This document shows, piece after piece, positions 55,898 to 64,000 of a stretch of 64,000 bases of DNA. Each line of letters opens with the position of its first letter. The first letter of the stretch is position 1. Source of the stretch: Candidatus Saccharimonadales bacterium. GTDB lineage: Bacteria > Patescibacteriota > Saccharimonadia > Saccharimonadales > OMJO01. The DNA is taken from the NCBI GenBank assembly GCA_035480035.1, contig DATIID010000008.1, forward strand, positions 74,401-138,400, given 5' to 3'. Position numbers and translations under genes: made by a program. The notes below the pieces were generated by a model that worked only from the letters and a program-made list of their open reading frames with translations, made no database searches and was not told where the DNA came from.

Positions 55898-56490
55898 GGT
55901 TGGACCTGAAGGTTAATTTGATCCACGGTGCTTTTAGTCTGGCCGCCCGCAGAGGCAATTGCAGTTATCGTCCAAGAGCCCGAACTGAGCCCGGCCGATT
56001 TAATATTCCATGTCCAATATGTAGATCCGCTACCGTCAACGATTTGAGCAGCTAATTTTTTAGTTTCGTTACCTTTCGTGAACTCAATATAGCAACTTAC
56101 CCCAGGTGTAGTAATGCAGTTTGATTCTTCTGTTGTCGGTGAGCCATTTTGACCCGGCCGATGGTTACTGACAAACCCACCATAAGGCTTAATTAGATCA
56201 CCGTTACTTGTCTGAGTACTACTAGAAGGACTCGATCCAATATCTTTTGATCCAGATGTTGCGGTGGCAGTACTTTTAGCTGCTTTTGAAGATTCTGAGC
56301 CACCAGATTTATTGGACATTGTAGGTATTATTGAAGTACTGCGAGTATTCTTATGGAAAAAATGAGTTGTATTGGTTAGTTCAAGACCGACCATAATGAT
56401 AATTAGCAAACCGACTATAGCAGCCGGAACTAACCAACTGGGCAGTTTTTTTGGGACAGTTTTACTAACCTTGTAAGCTTTCGATGCCAT
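55894..56490 (-). CDS. Hypothetical membrane-anchored Ser/Thr-rich surface protein
   Basis: 198 aa; N-terminal TM; S/T-rich linker; C-terminal beta-rich domain; overlaps the FG-GAP gene start by 4 nt. Confidence 0.35.
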   Translation of the reverse strand: MASKAYKVSKTVPKKLPSWLVPAAIVGLLIIIMVGLELTNTTHFFHKNTRSTSIIPTMSNKSGGSESSKAAKSTATATSGSKDIGSSPSSSTQTSNGDLIKPYGGFVSNHRPGQNGSPTTEESNCITTPGVSCYIEFTKGNETKKLAAQIVDGSGSTYWTWNIKSAGLSSGSWTITAIASAGGQTKSTVDQINLQVQP

Positions 56491-56567
56491 ATTTTTATTT
56501 TATAACAATAAAGTTATACGCCAAGTAAGTATAACAGATATGTAAAGGCATCAAAAGAGATAAATTA

Positions 56568-58292
56568 CTAGACGCCTAGCCACTTCGGGGCTTTGTTACG
56601 CATCAACTGATAAGCCGCATAGATTGAAAATATAATAATCGAAGCCATCAAAATTAGACTACCCAGACTTGGCAAGTCATGTAGCCAAGCGCTTTCTCTA
56701 AAGTTATAACTAAATAGAATGAAGTAAACAAACTGGGCAATAGTGGCGGCCATGACCAACCAAAACCAAAGCTTGTTTTTTAACTTCACCAAAAATGACA
56801 CGCTAACGGCAGTTAGTAAGACAATTGAAGCTTGGGCAAAGTGCATTGAGGCAATTGCTCGGGAGCCGCGCCAGCCAACTATTAAATCGGCCATTAAGAT
56901 CGGCACAAAAATTAGAATCCACAGGTCAATTTGTTTGAACTTTTGGATAATGCCCATGATAGTCGGTATGACTAAACCGACGCCAAGTGATCCAGGAATA
57001 GAGAGAATGCCAAACGACCAAATCCGTCGCAAGATTGTCTGACCACCACTTGAGTAAATTAGGTTATAGGGGCTCATTAAGAAGAACAAAGTATCAAGAC
57101 GGATTGAGATGATATCGAATGGCGAATACCGAAGGGTGTGCAAAAACTCACGGACTTCTTGGTGACCATGACCGGGTTGTGGCAAACCATGTAGCGATAA
57201 CGGGTACAGAATAAAAGTACTTGGTTTTTTATAGATAACACTGGAAATTACTAACCAAGGAAACGCAAATAAACTCATAACACCACCGACAATAAAAATG
57301 TCCCTAAATCGTCGATGATATAGCAGCAGTAACAAAGATGCGGCAATGTACAGCACCGCTAGGTCGTGTGTTAGGTAAGCTAGGCCGGCCGCTACACCGG
57401 CTAATATGGTTTCACGAAGATGGTTTTGTAAAATCAACAGCCACATCGTTAGAACAAAAAAGGCCACCAGAGACTTTGGCCAACTAAAGACGGCATTGTA
57501 TAGGAAGAATTGGCTGCTGATTAGTAATAGCAGAGACAAAATCGCGGTTTTTTTATCGAATAATAATTGAATCAAGAAAAAAGCCGGAATAATAAACAGG
57601 CCATTTAAAATGGCCGCAATGATTTGGAATTGAGCATAGGTGTGTTCATGATCGTTGGTTTTCGTACTCCAAAGATAATCAATTGGCGGACGCTCCTTAA
57701 GCACTAAATAATACCCAGCTGTGACGCTACCCATCAGCGGCGTTCGCTGGAAAAAACTAACACCCCATTCACATACAAAACAATCTTTAGCCGGATCCGA
57801 GCGATTAATTATGAATTGCGCTTGACGATACGGAATGTAATTATCATTTGCGCTGGTTTTGGCAATGTTGAGTACTTTAATATTGGCTGCGTGATAATTT
57901 CGATTCGGCAAAGGGTTAGGGTCTGGTATGTAGCTATATGGTGCGCCAAACTTTAGCCCGATAAATAAGCAGTACATTAGACTTGTCAGCACAAAACAAA
58001 TAATTGGAAAGCGCTGTAGCCACACTAACTTGTATAGACGATTCGTTATAAATAGATAGGACGTACCCAGAATTACCAACCAACCTAAAAGCACTAAAGG
58101 TCTAAAACCAACATTAAATGAATAGTGAACTAATCCGAGTAGAGCAAAGAAAACTAGACTGACAATGTAAGCAAAAATTAATTGCAAACCAGCTTGATTT
58201 TTACGAAAAAGTTTAAGTCGATTAACAATTACATATCCGGTAACCAGTAGCGTCAAATGTACGAAACAAAAAAATAATAAACCAAGTACCAT
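56568..58292 (-). CDS. Polytopic membrane protein, putative GT-C/PMT-like glycosyltransferase
   Basis: 574 aa; 12+ TM helices; upstream of a methyltransferase and sugar-nucleotide genes. Confidence 0.35.
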   Translation of the reverse strand: MVLGLLFFCFVHLTLLVTGYVIVNRLKLFRKNQAGLQLIFAYIVSLVFFALLGLVHYSFNVGFRPLVLLGWLVILGTSYLFITNRLYKLVWLQRFPIICFVLTSLMYCLFIGLKFGAPYSYIPDPNPLPNRNYHAANIKVLNIAKTSANDNYIPYRQAQFIINRSDPAKDCFVCEWGVSFFQRTPLMGSVTAGYYLVLKERPPIDYLWSTKTNDHEHTYAQFQIIAAILNGLFIIPAFFLIQLLFDKKTAILSLLLLISSQFFLYNAVFSWPKSLVAFFVLTMWLLILQNHLRETILAGVAAGLAYLTHDLAVLYIAASLLLLLYHRRFRDIFIVGGVMSLFAFPWLVISSVIYKKPSTFILYPLSLHGLPQPGHGHQEVREFLHTLRYSPFDIISIRLDTLFFLMSPYNLIYSSGGQTILRRIWSFGILSIPGSLGVGLVIPTIMGIIQKFKQIDLWILIFVPILMADLIVGWRGSRAIASMHFAQASIVLLTAVSVSFLVKLKNKLWFWLVMAATIAQFVYFILFSYNFRESAWLHDLPSLGSLILMASIIIFSIYAAYQLMRNKAPKWLGV

Positions 58293-58301
58293 GGATTAGA
58301 C

Positions 58302-58970
58302 TTATTCTAGCACTTTACCTTTTTCAGCAACGGCGAAGGTTTGCTTACCCATGATTAATTGTATTAATGGAACCTTCAGGTACAATTTTATGAGCATCGG
58401 CCAGGCCGGGAGACGCGAATTAGCAGTGAATGGTAAAAATCGAACCTTACAGTAAGTTTGTTTGAAACCAGTCAAGTTAAAAGCCTCGACCAAACTCTTT
58501 TCAGTCAGTGGCAAAGTGTGGTCGACGTAGTCCCAGTATTGGTTGCCGACCAAACGGATGTTCGGTTGTAATATTAATAATCGGCCATGTGGTTTTAGCA
58601 CACGATGGATTTCTTTCAGGGTTTGGATTAATTCAGCTTTGCTTTCGAGGTGTTCAAAAAAATTACTAGTGAAAACCACATCAATTTTGCCAGTTAGTTC
58701 CTTCGGCAGTTTGGTGCTGAGCGCTTTGTAAACCTTAACGTCTTTTTTGGCTAATTTTTTAGTTTGGTCATTAATATCAACTGCAATCTTGGTCTTACAT
58801 TTTATATTATTAATGAACTCGCAATAACCGGCGGCCAAATCCAACACAACTTCGTCGCGATCAATAAATTTTTGAAAATAGTCGCTACATAAAACTTTCC
58901 ACATGACATCACGCTTTTTTATGTTTTTATCGAAACGATCGGCATAGATGGATAAAACAAAATCTTTCAT
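58302..58970 (-). CDS. Class I SAM-dependent methyltransferase
   Basis: Motif I VLDLAAGYCEF and motif post-I region; 222 aa. Confidence 0.55.
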   Translation of the reverse strand: MKDFVLSIYADRFDKNIKKRDVMWKVLCSDYFQKFIDRDEVVLDLAAGYCEFINNIKCKTKIAVDINDQTKKLAKKDVKVYKALSTKLPKELTGKIDVVFTSNFFEHLESKAELIQTLKEIHRVLKPHGRLLILQPNIRLVGNQYWDYVDHTLPLTEKSLVEAFNLTGFKQTYCKVRFLPFTANSRLPAWPMLIKLYLKVPLIQLIMGKQTFAVAEKGKVLE

Positions 58971-59090
58971 AAACTTCCTACATTATAGAGTCCTGTGTTA
59001 TCAAAACACACCAACAAATACTTTTACAATTAATCAAGACAACTTTCTTTGCTATAATTTACCAATAAACTAAGAGGGAAATAACCTTTT

Positions 59091-60278
59091 GTGAAACCAG
59101 ATATTTGTATTGTCGGTGGTTGTGGTCATGTTGGCTTGCCGCTGGGTTTGGCTTTTGCCGATCAGGGTAAAACCGTCGCGCTATATGACTTAAATCAGGA
59201 AAGTATAAAGAAAGTTAATAAAGGCATCGTGCCATTTATGGAAAACGGCGCCACACCGATTCTAAAGAAAGTTTTGAAAGCTAAGACATTATTAGCTACC
59301 AGTGACCCAAAGATTATTACAAAAGCCGAAACAGTAATTATGGTAATCGGTACGCCAGTTGACGAACATTTGAATCCCAAAGTAAACGAAATTCTACGAG
59401 CCATCAAAGAAATTGAAAATTATTTAAGTGACAAGCAACTGCTGGTACTGCGCAGCACACTTTACCCGGGCATTACTGACAAGGTTTATGATTATCTAAA
59501 CAACCAAGGCAAAAAAACGCTGGTAGCTTTTTGCCCAGAACGCATTGCTGAAGGACACGCCCTCGAAGAATTATATTCGTTGCCCCAAATTGTGGCCGGC
59601 TGTACACCCGAAGCCACTAAACAAGCCAGTAAACTATTCAAAGTTTTAGCTGACAAAATTATCGTGACTGAGCCAATTGAAGCTGAGCTTGGCAAGTTGT
59701 TTACTAACACCTGGCGCTATATTAACTTTGCTATTTCCAATCAGTTTTACATGATTGCCAACACCCGTGGACTAGATTTTTATAATATCTATGCCGCAAT
59801 GACCGAAGATTATCCGCGTCTTAAAGCGTTTGCTAAGGCAGGACTGGCAGCTGGACCGTGTTTGTTCAAAGACACCATGCAATTATCATCATTCAGCGGC
59901 AATGATTTTTTCCTTGGCCACTCCGCCATGCTGGTTAACGAAGGTCTGCCAGACTACATTGTCGAATCGATGAAGCAAAAACACGAGCTCAAACGTCAGA
60001 CAGTTGGACTGCTTGGCATGGCCTTTAAAGGTAACAGCGACGACCCGCGTGAAAGTTTGTCTTATCGTCTTAAAAAGAAACTAGAAATCGAAGCTAAGAA
60101 TGTTCTCTGCCATGACCCGTATATTAAAGACTCGCGTTTTGTTAGCTTAGATAAGATTCATAAAGAAGCTGATATCATTGTGTTAGCCACTCCACATAGT
60201 GCCTATGCTGACGAGAAATGGGGCAGTAAAAAAATAATTGATATGTGGAATTTTTATGGGGAAGGCGGATTAATCTAA
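59091..60278 (+). CDS. Nucleotide-sugar (UDP-glucose/UDP-ManNAc-type) dehydrogenase
   Basis: GTG start with AGAGGGA RBS; N-terminal ICIVGGCGHVGLPLG Rossmann motif; catalytic Cys region (GPCLFKDT); 395 aa. Confidence 0.7.
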   Translation: MKPDICIVGGCGHVGLPLGLAFADQGKTVALYDLNQESIKKVNKGIVPFMENGATPILKKVLKAKTLLATSDPKIITKAETVIMVIGTPVDEHLNPKVNEILRAIKEIENYLSDKQLLVLRSTLYPGITDKVYDYLNNQGKKTLVAFCPERIAEGHALEELYSLPQIVAGCTPEATKQASKLFKVLADKIIVTEPIEAELGKLFTNTWRYINFAISNQFYMIANTRGLDFYNIYAAMTEDYPRLKAFAKAGLAAGPCLFKDTMQLSSFSGNDFFLGHSAMLVNEGLPDYIVESMKQKHELKRQTVGLLGMAFKGNSDDPRESLSYRLKKKLEIEAKNVLCHDPYIKDSRFVSLDKIHKEADIIVLATPHSAYADEKWGSKKIIDMWNFYGEGGLI

Positions 60279-61298
60279 ATGAAAATATTATTTACTGGTG
60301 CGGCTGGTTTTATTGCTGGCTATGCCATCGAAGAATTATTAAACAATGGTCACGAAGTTGTTGGTATCGACAACTTTTCCAAATACGGTAAACTCGAAAA
60401 AAGTTACTCCAAAAATCCTAAATATACATTTATCGAAGGGGATGCCCGAGACGTCGAGCTAATGAAAAAAGCCTTAGCCGACTGCGATGTGTTAGTTGCG
60501 GCTGCAGCATTGATTGGTGGAATTTCCTACTTTCATGAGCTAGCCTATGACTTGATTTCTCAAAATGAGCGAATCACCGCAGCTGCTTTTGACGCGGCCA
60601 TTTGGGCACATCAAAACAAGAAACTTAAAAAAATCTTGGTAATGTCCTCGTCAATGGTATATGAATCAACCAAACAATATCCGACTCCTGAAGGTGCTCA
60701 GCTAACTTCACCACCACCATTATCGACTTATGGTTTTCAAAAACTATCAACCGAGTATTTTACTAAAGGCGCGTGGGAACAATACCAATTGCCATATACC
60801 ATTGTGCGGCCGTTTAATTGTGTCGGCATCGGTGAAAAGCGGGCACTGACTGACAAAGATGTCTACTCAGGCAACATTAAATTGGCCATGAGTCACGTTG
60901 TGCCAGATATCGTTCAAAAAATTGTCAAAGGTCAAAACCCACTGCATATTTTAGGCGACGGGCACCAGGTTCGACACTATACTTACGGTGCTGACTTAGC
61001 TCGTGGTATTCGATTGTGCATTGAGAGTCCCAAGGCTTTGAATAATGATTTCAATATTTCAACTAAGCAATCGACTACCGTTTTGGAACTGGCCGAGTTG
61101 ATTTGGAAAAAAATTAATGGTCCCAAACCATTTAAGTATGTTTCCGATAAACCGTTTGCCCATGACGTCCAGAAGCGTGTGCCAGATGTGTCCAAAGCTA
61201 AAAAGATTTTAGGCTTTGAGGCCAAGACTCCACTAGACACCATGCTTGATGAAGTAATCCCTTGGATCGCCGAGCAAGTTAATCATGGCAACATCTGA
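60279..61298 (+). CDS. NAD-dependent epimerase/dehydratase (extended SDR)
   Basis: TGAAGFIAG GxxGxxG motif; catalytic YxxxK region (YGFQKLSTEY); 339 aa. Confidence 0.65.
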   Translation: MKILFTGAAGFIAGYAIEELLNNGHEVVGIDNFSKYGKLEKSYSKNPKYTFIEGDARDVELMKKALADCDVLVAAAALIGGISYFHELAYDLISQNERITAAAFDAAIWAHQNKKLKKILVMSSSMVYESTKQYPTPEGAQLTSPPPLSTYGFQKLSTEYFTKGAWEQYQLPYTIVRPFNCVGIGEKRALTDKDVYSGNIKLAMSHVVPDIVQKIVKGQNPLHILGDGHQVRHYTYGADLARGIRLCIESPKALNNDFNISTKQSTTVLELAELIWKKINGPKPFKYVSDKPFAHDVQKRVPDVSKAKKILGFEAKTPLDTMLDEVIPWIAEQVNHGNI

Positions 61299-61992
61299 CA
61301 AACCATTACTGCACATAATTACACCGGTCTATAACGAAGGCTCTAATTTTCCAGCCCAGTACAAAGAAGTCAAAAAATACATTAAAACCCCGCACGAACT
61401 GATAGTAGTCTATGACTTTAAAGAAGATGATACGGTGCCGGTGGTCAAAGCTTTGCAAAAGCGGGACAAACGCTTAAAACTGCGCAAAAATACTCGTGGC
61501 CGAGGTGCGCTGAATGCACTTCTAAGCGGCTTCGACACAGTCAGGAGTGGCCCAGTCTTAGTTATCATGGCGGATTTGTCAGATGACCTAAGAATCGTTG
61601 ATCAAATGTATCAGAAATATCTAGACGGTTACGTGGTCGTCTGCGGCAGTCGTTATATGAAAGGTGGCCAACAAATTGGCGGACCATTTTTGAAAGGTCT
61701 GATGTCGCGCGCTGCCGGCGTGTCGTTGTTTTGGCTACGGCGTTTACCAACCCATGACATTACTAATAATTTTAAAATGTATGACAAAGAATTCTTAGAC
61801 AAAATCACGATTGAGAGCCAGGGTGGTTTTGAGGTAGCTATGGAAATTACAGCCAAGGCCTTCCGGGCCAAACAAAAGATTGCTGAAATACCAAGCACGT
61901 GGCGCGACCGAACTGCTGGCGAAGCCCAATTTAAACTTATGAAATGGTTGCCGTCTTATCTGCGCTGGTATTTTTATGCTCTGCTTTGGTAA
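61285..61992 (+). CDS. GT2 polyprenol-phosphate sugar synthase-like glycosyltransferase
   Basis: IITPVYNEGSN and ADLSDD(DxD-like) motifs; 235 aa. Confidence 0.55.
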   Translation: MATSDKPLLHIITPVYNEGSNFPAQYKEVKKYIKTPHELIVVYDFKEDDTVPVVKALQKRDKRLKLRKNTRGRGALNALLSGFDTVRSGPVLVIMADLSDDLRIVDQMYQKYLDGYVVVCGSRYMKGGQQIGGPFLKGLMSRAAGVSLFWLRRLPTHDITNNFKMYDKEFLDKITIESQGGFEVAMEITAKAFRAKQKIAEIPSTWRDRTAGEAQFKLMKWLPSYLRWYFYALLW

Positions 61993-62386
61993 AAATAAAG
62001 TTCTTGTAAATAAAAAAGTTCCAGCACATTTGAAAAGCCACAGCTAAAATTTTAGCTTTAGCATAATTAATGTGATGGCTGACGTTTGATACAAAAATTA
62101 CCGTAAATATGAAATTAAATCCAAGTAACAAACCATAAGTCATGGCATGCTTTTGCAAACTTGATTTTTCGGACACACTAAAGGTCCACCACCGGTTGAG
62201 TGAGAAATTAAAAATTACCGATAGCCAGTAGGCGATAGAGGTAGCTAGAGGCAAACTAATATGAAATTTGCCGTGCAATAATATCAACGTCCCAAGGTCT
62301 AGAAAAAAAGTCGTGCCACCAACGAATAGATAGCGAATAAATGAATGTTTATAAAAATAAAGTGTTAACCGTTTCGCCTCTTGCAT
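61937..62386 (-). CDS. GtrA-family membrane protein
   Basis: 149 aa, 4 TM; N-terminal FIRYLFVGGTTFFLDLGTL matches the GtrA-like motif. Confidence 0.55.
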   Translation of the reverse strand: MQEAKRLTLYFYKHSFIRYLFVGGTTFFLDLGTLILLHGKFHISLPLATSIAYWLSVIFNFSLNRWWTFSVSEKSSLQKHAMTYGLLLGFNFIFTVIFVSNVSHHINYAKAKILAVAFQMCWNFFIYKNFIFTKAEHKNTSADKTATIS

Positions 62387-63249
62387 TATGGTCGCAGTCC
62401 TAATAGGTAACGGCCGTATCCAGATTTTTTCAGCGGTTCGGCTAATTTTTCAAGTTGCGCCAGACTAATGAAACCTTGGCGAAAAGCCGCTTCCTCAATG
62501 CAGCCAATCTTTAGAGCTTGACGCTCTTCAATGACTTGAACAAATTGGGCGGCTTGGGTCATTGAATCAAACGTGCCGGTATCTAGCCAAGCGGTACCGC
62601 GATCAAGCAGATAAACTTTCAATTGGCCGCTATTAAGATAGGCATTGTGAATTTCCGTAATTTCGATTTCACCACGTTCGCTTGGCTTAGCTTGTTTGGC
62701 GTATTTAATTACCTGGTTATCAAAAAAATAAAGTCCTGGAATAGCGTAATTCGACTTGGGTTTAAGTGGTTTTTCCTCGATTGATAAAACCTTCATATCT
62801 TTGTCGAAATCAACTACGCCGTAACGTTCTGGGTCGGCAACTTGCTGTCCAAAAATGATGCCGCCATCTAGTTCTTTGGCGGCTTTTTTAACTTTGGCTT
62901 CAAAATCACTACCATAAAAAATATTGTCGCCCAAAATCATGGCCACTTGATCTTTACCTATAAAATCAGCGCCGACAACAAACGCATCAGCTAAACCGCG
63001 CGGCTTGTGCTGAACTTTATACCTAAACTGGCAACCAATTTGTGAACCATCGCCCAGTAGTTGTTCGAACCGGGGCAAATCGTGTGGTGTGGAGATAATC
63101 AGGATTTCTCTTATGCCCGCGCCAATCAAAGTGCTCAACGGATAATAAATCATCGGTTTGTCATAAATTGGCATCAGCTGTTTGCTGACAGCCAGCGTTA
63201 GAGGGTATAGTCTGGTACCCGATCCACCGGCCAAAATTATGCCTTTCAC
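62386..63249 (-). CDS. rmlA: Glucose-1-phosphate thymidylyltransferase
   Basis: MKGIILAGGSGTRLYPLT...KQLMPIYDKPMIYY N-terminus diagnostic of RmlA/RfbA. Confidence 0.85.
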   Translation of the reverse strand: MKGIILAGGSGTRLYPLTLAVSKQLMPIYDKPMIYYPLSTLIGAGIREILIISTPHDLPRFEQLLGDGSQIGCQFRYKVQHKPRGLADAFVVGADFIGKDQVAMILGDNIFYGSDFEAKVKKAAKELDGGIIFGQQVADPERYGVVDFDKDMKVLSIEEKPLKPKSNYAIPGLYFFDNQVIKYAKQAKPSERGEIEITEIHNAYLNSGQLKVYLLDRGTAWLDTGTFDSMTQAAQFVQVIEERQALKIGCIEEAAFRQGFISLAQLEKLAEPLKKSGYGRYLLGLRP

Positions 63250-64000
63250 TTGCTCAACTCCTGTTTAACATAAGCCTTCAGGTCTTCACGCCAATCACGC
63301 ACCGCAAAACCAGATGCTTTAATCTTGCCCAGATCCAACGAACTTTGCAAGGGGCGGGGAGCAATACCATCTTTACCTTTGTAGTATTGTTCAGTCGTCA
63401 CGTCGGTTACTGTATTGTCTAGGCCAGCATCTTCAAAAATCGCTCTGGTAATGTCCGCCCAACTTACTGGCTTGCCATCATTGGATAAGTTGTAAGTACC
63501 AAACTCAGCTGGTTTATTTAGCAAATAGTCAATGGCTCGAACTAGCTCACTGGTAAAAGTTAAACGACCGATTTGATCGCCTACTACAGAAGGGTTCACT
63601 CCCTTTTGACCAAGCTCGAGCATCGTCCTGACAAAATTTTTGCCCTCACCGATTACCCACGACGTTCTTAATATATAGTGCTTTGGGTTTAAGCTAACAA
63701 CGACATCACCTGCGGCCTTAGAAGTCCCATAGACACTTAAAGGAGCAAAGGCTTCCGTTTCAGTGTGGGGTGACTTGGTGCCGTCAAAGACATAGTCGGT
63801 TGAAATGTGCACAAACGTCATGCCGTTGTTTATGGCGATGCGGTTTAGGTTAGCCACAGCAACCGCATTAACCTGCCAAGCAACCCGCCGACCATCATTA
63901 GTCTCAGCGCCGTCGACGTTAGTATAGGCGGCCGCGTTCAAAATCGTTTTGAGCCCTGACCAATCATAATTTTCAACAGCCGCTTGACTGGTTATATCCA
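63246..64000 (-). CDS. rmlD: dTDP-4-dehydrorhamnose reductase (3' portion; N-terminus beyond window end)
   Basis: HISTDYVFDG...YGTSKAAGD motifs of RmlD; reading frame stays open past the TTG at 63941 to the window edge. Confidence 0.7.
   Translation of the reverse strand, partial: DITSQAAVENYDWSGLKTILNAAAYTNVDGAETNDGRRVAWQVNAVAVANLNRIAINNGMTFVHISTDYVFDGTKSPHTETEAFAPLSVYGTSKAAGDVVVSLNPKHYILRTSWVIGEGKNFVRTMLELGQKGVNPSVVGDQIGRLTFTSELVRAIDYLLNKPAEFGTYNLSNDGKPVSWADITRAIFEDAGLDNTVTDVTTEQYYKGKDGIAPRPLQSSLDLGKIKASGFAVRDWREDLKAYVKQELSK

Overview
This window spans the chromosomal replication-origin region of a low-GC, apparently monoderm-type bacterium. The origin is marked by recF-dnaN-dnaA on the minus strand, diverging from rpmH-rnpA-yidC-jag on the plus strand, with DnaA-box clusters on both sides of dnaA. 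Gene content is reminiscent of reduced CPR/Saccharibacteria-like genomes; this is an inference. Supporting features are many PMT/GT-C-like membrane glycosyltransferases, a fused MFS/spermidine-synthase-like protein, a short YidC, leaderless-looking promoters and arrays of VirB2-like pilins. Immediately upstream of the origin is a type IV secretion (T4SS)-like locus. It contains six tandem VirB2/TrbC-like pilin paralogs on the minus strand, facing a giant VirB6-like membrane protein across a divergent intergenic region. It also contains a basic disordered protein with its own strong leaderless promoter, a VirB3-like membrane-hairpin protein and a VirB4 ATPase apparently split over two overlapping ORFs. 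Two large cell-wall-hydrolase-like proteins (a degenerate LytM/M23-like protein and an SGNH esterase plus lysozyme-like protein) and a membrane-anchored protein of unknown function complete the locus. Flanking genes include ComFC, an Hsp20 protein, three tRNAs (Arg-GCG, Ser-GCU, Ser-UGA), an RND/MMPL transporter and a GT2/PMT-like glycosylation cluster. Downstream of the origin is a large ABC-transporter-dependent glycan locus. It encodes Wzm/Wzt, a WbdA-like tandem-GT4 protein, an apparently split WbdD-like methyltransferase plus kinase/coiled-coil terminator, rmlA/rmlD, a nucleotide-sugar dehydrogenase, an epimerase and a GtrA/GT2 pair. An FG-GAP beta-propeller protein in this region is encoded by near-perfect tandem DNA repeats. 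No rRNA, CRISPR array, integrase, transposase or reverse transcriptase was recognised.
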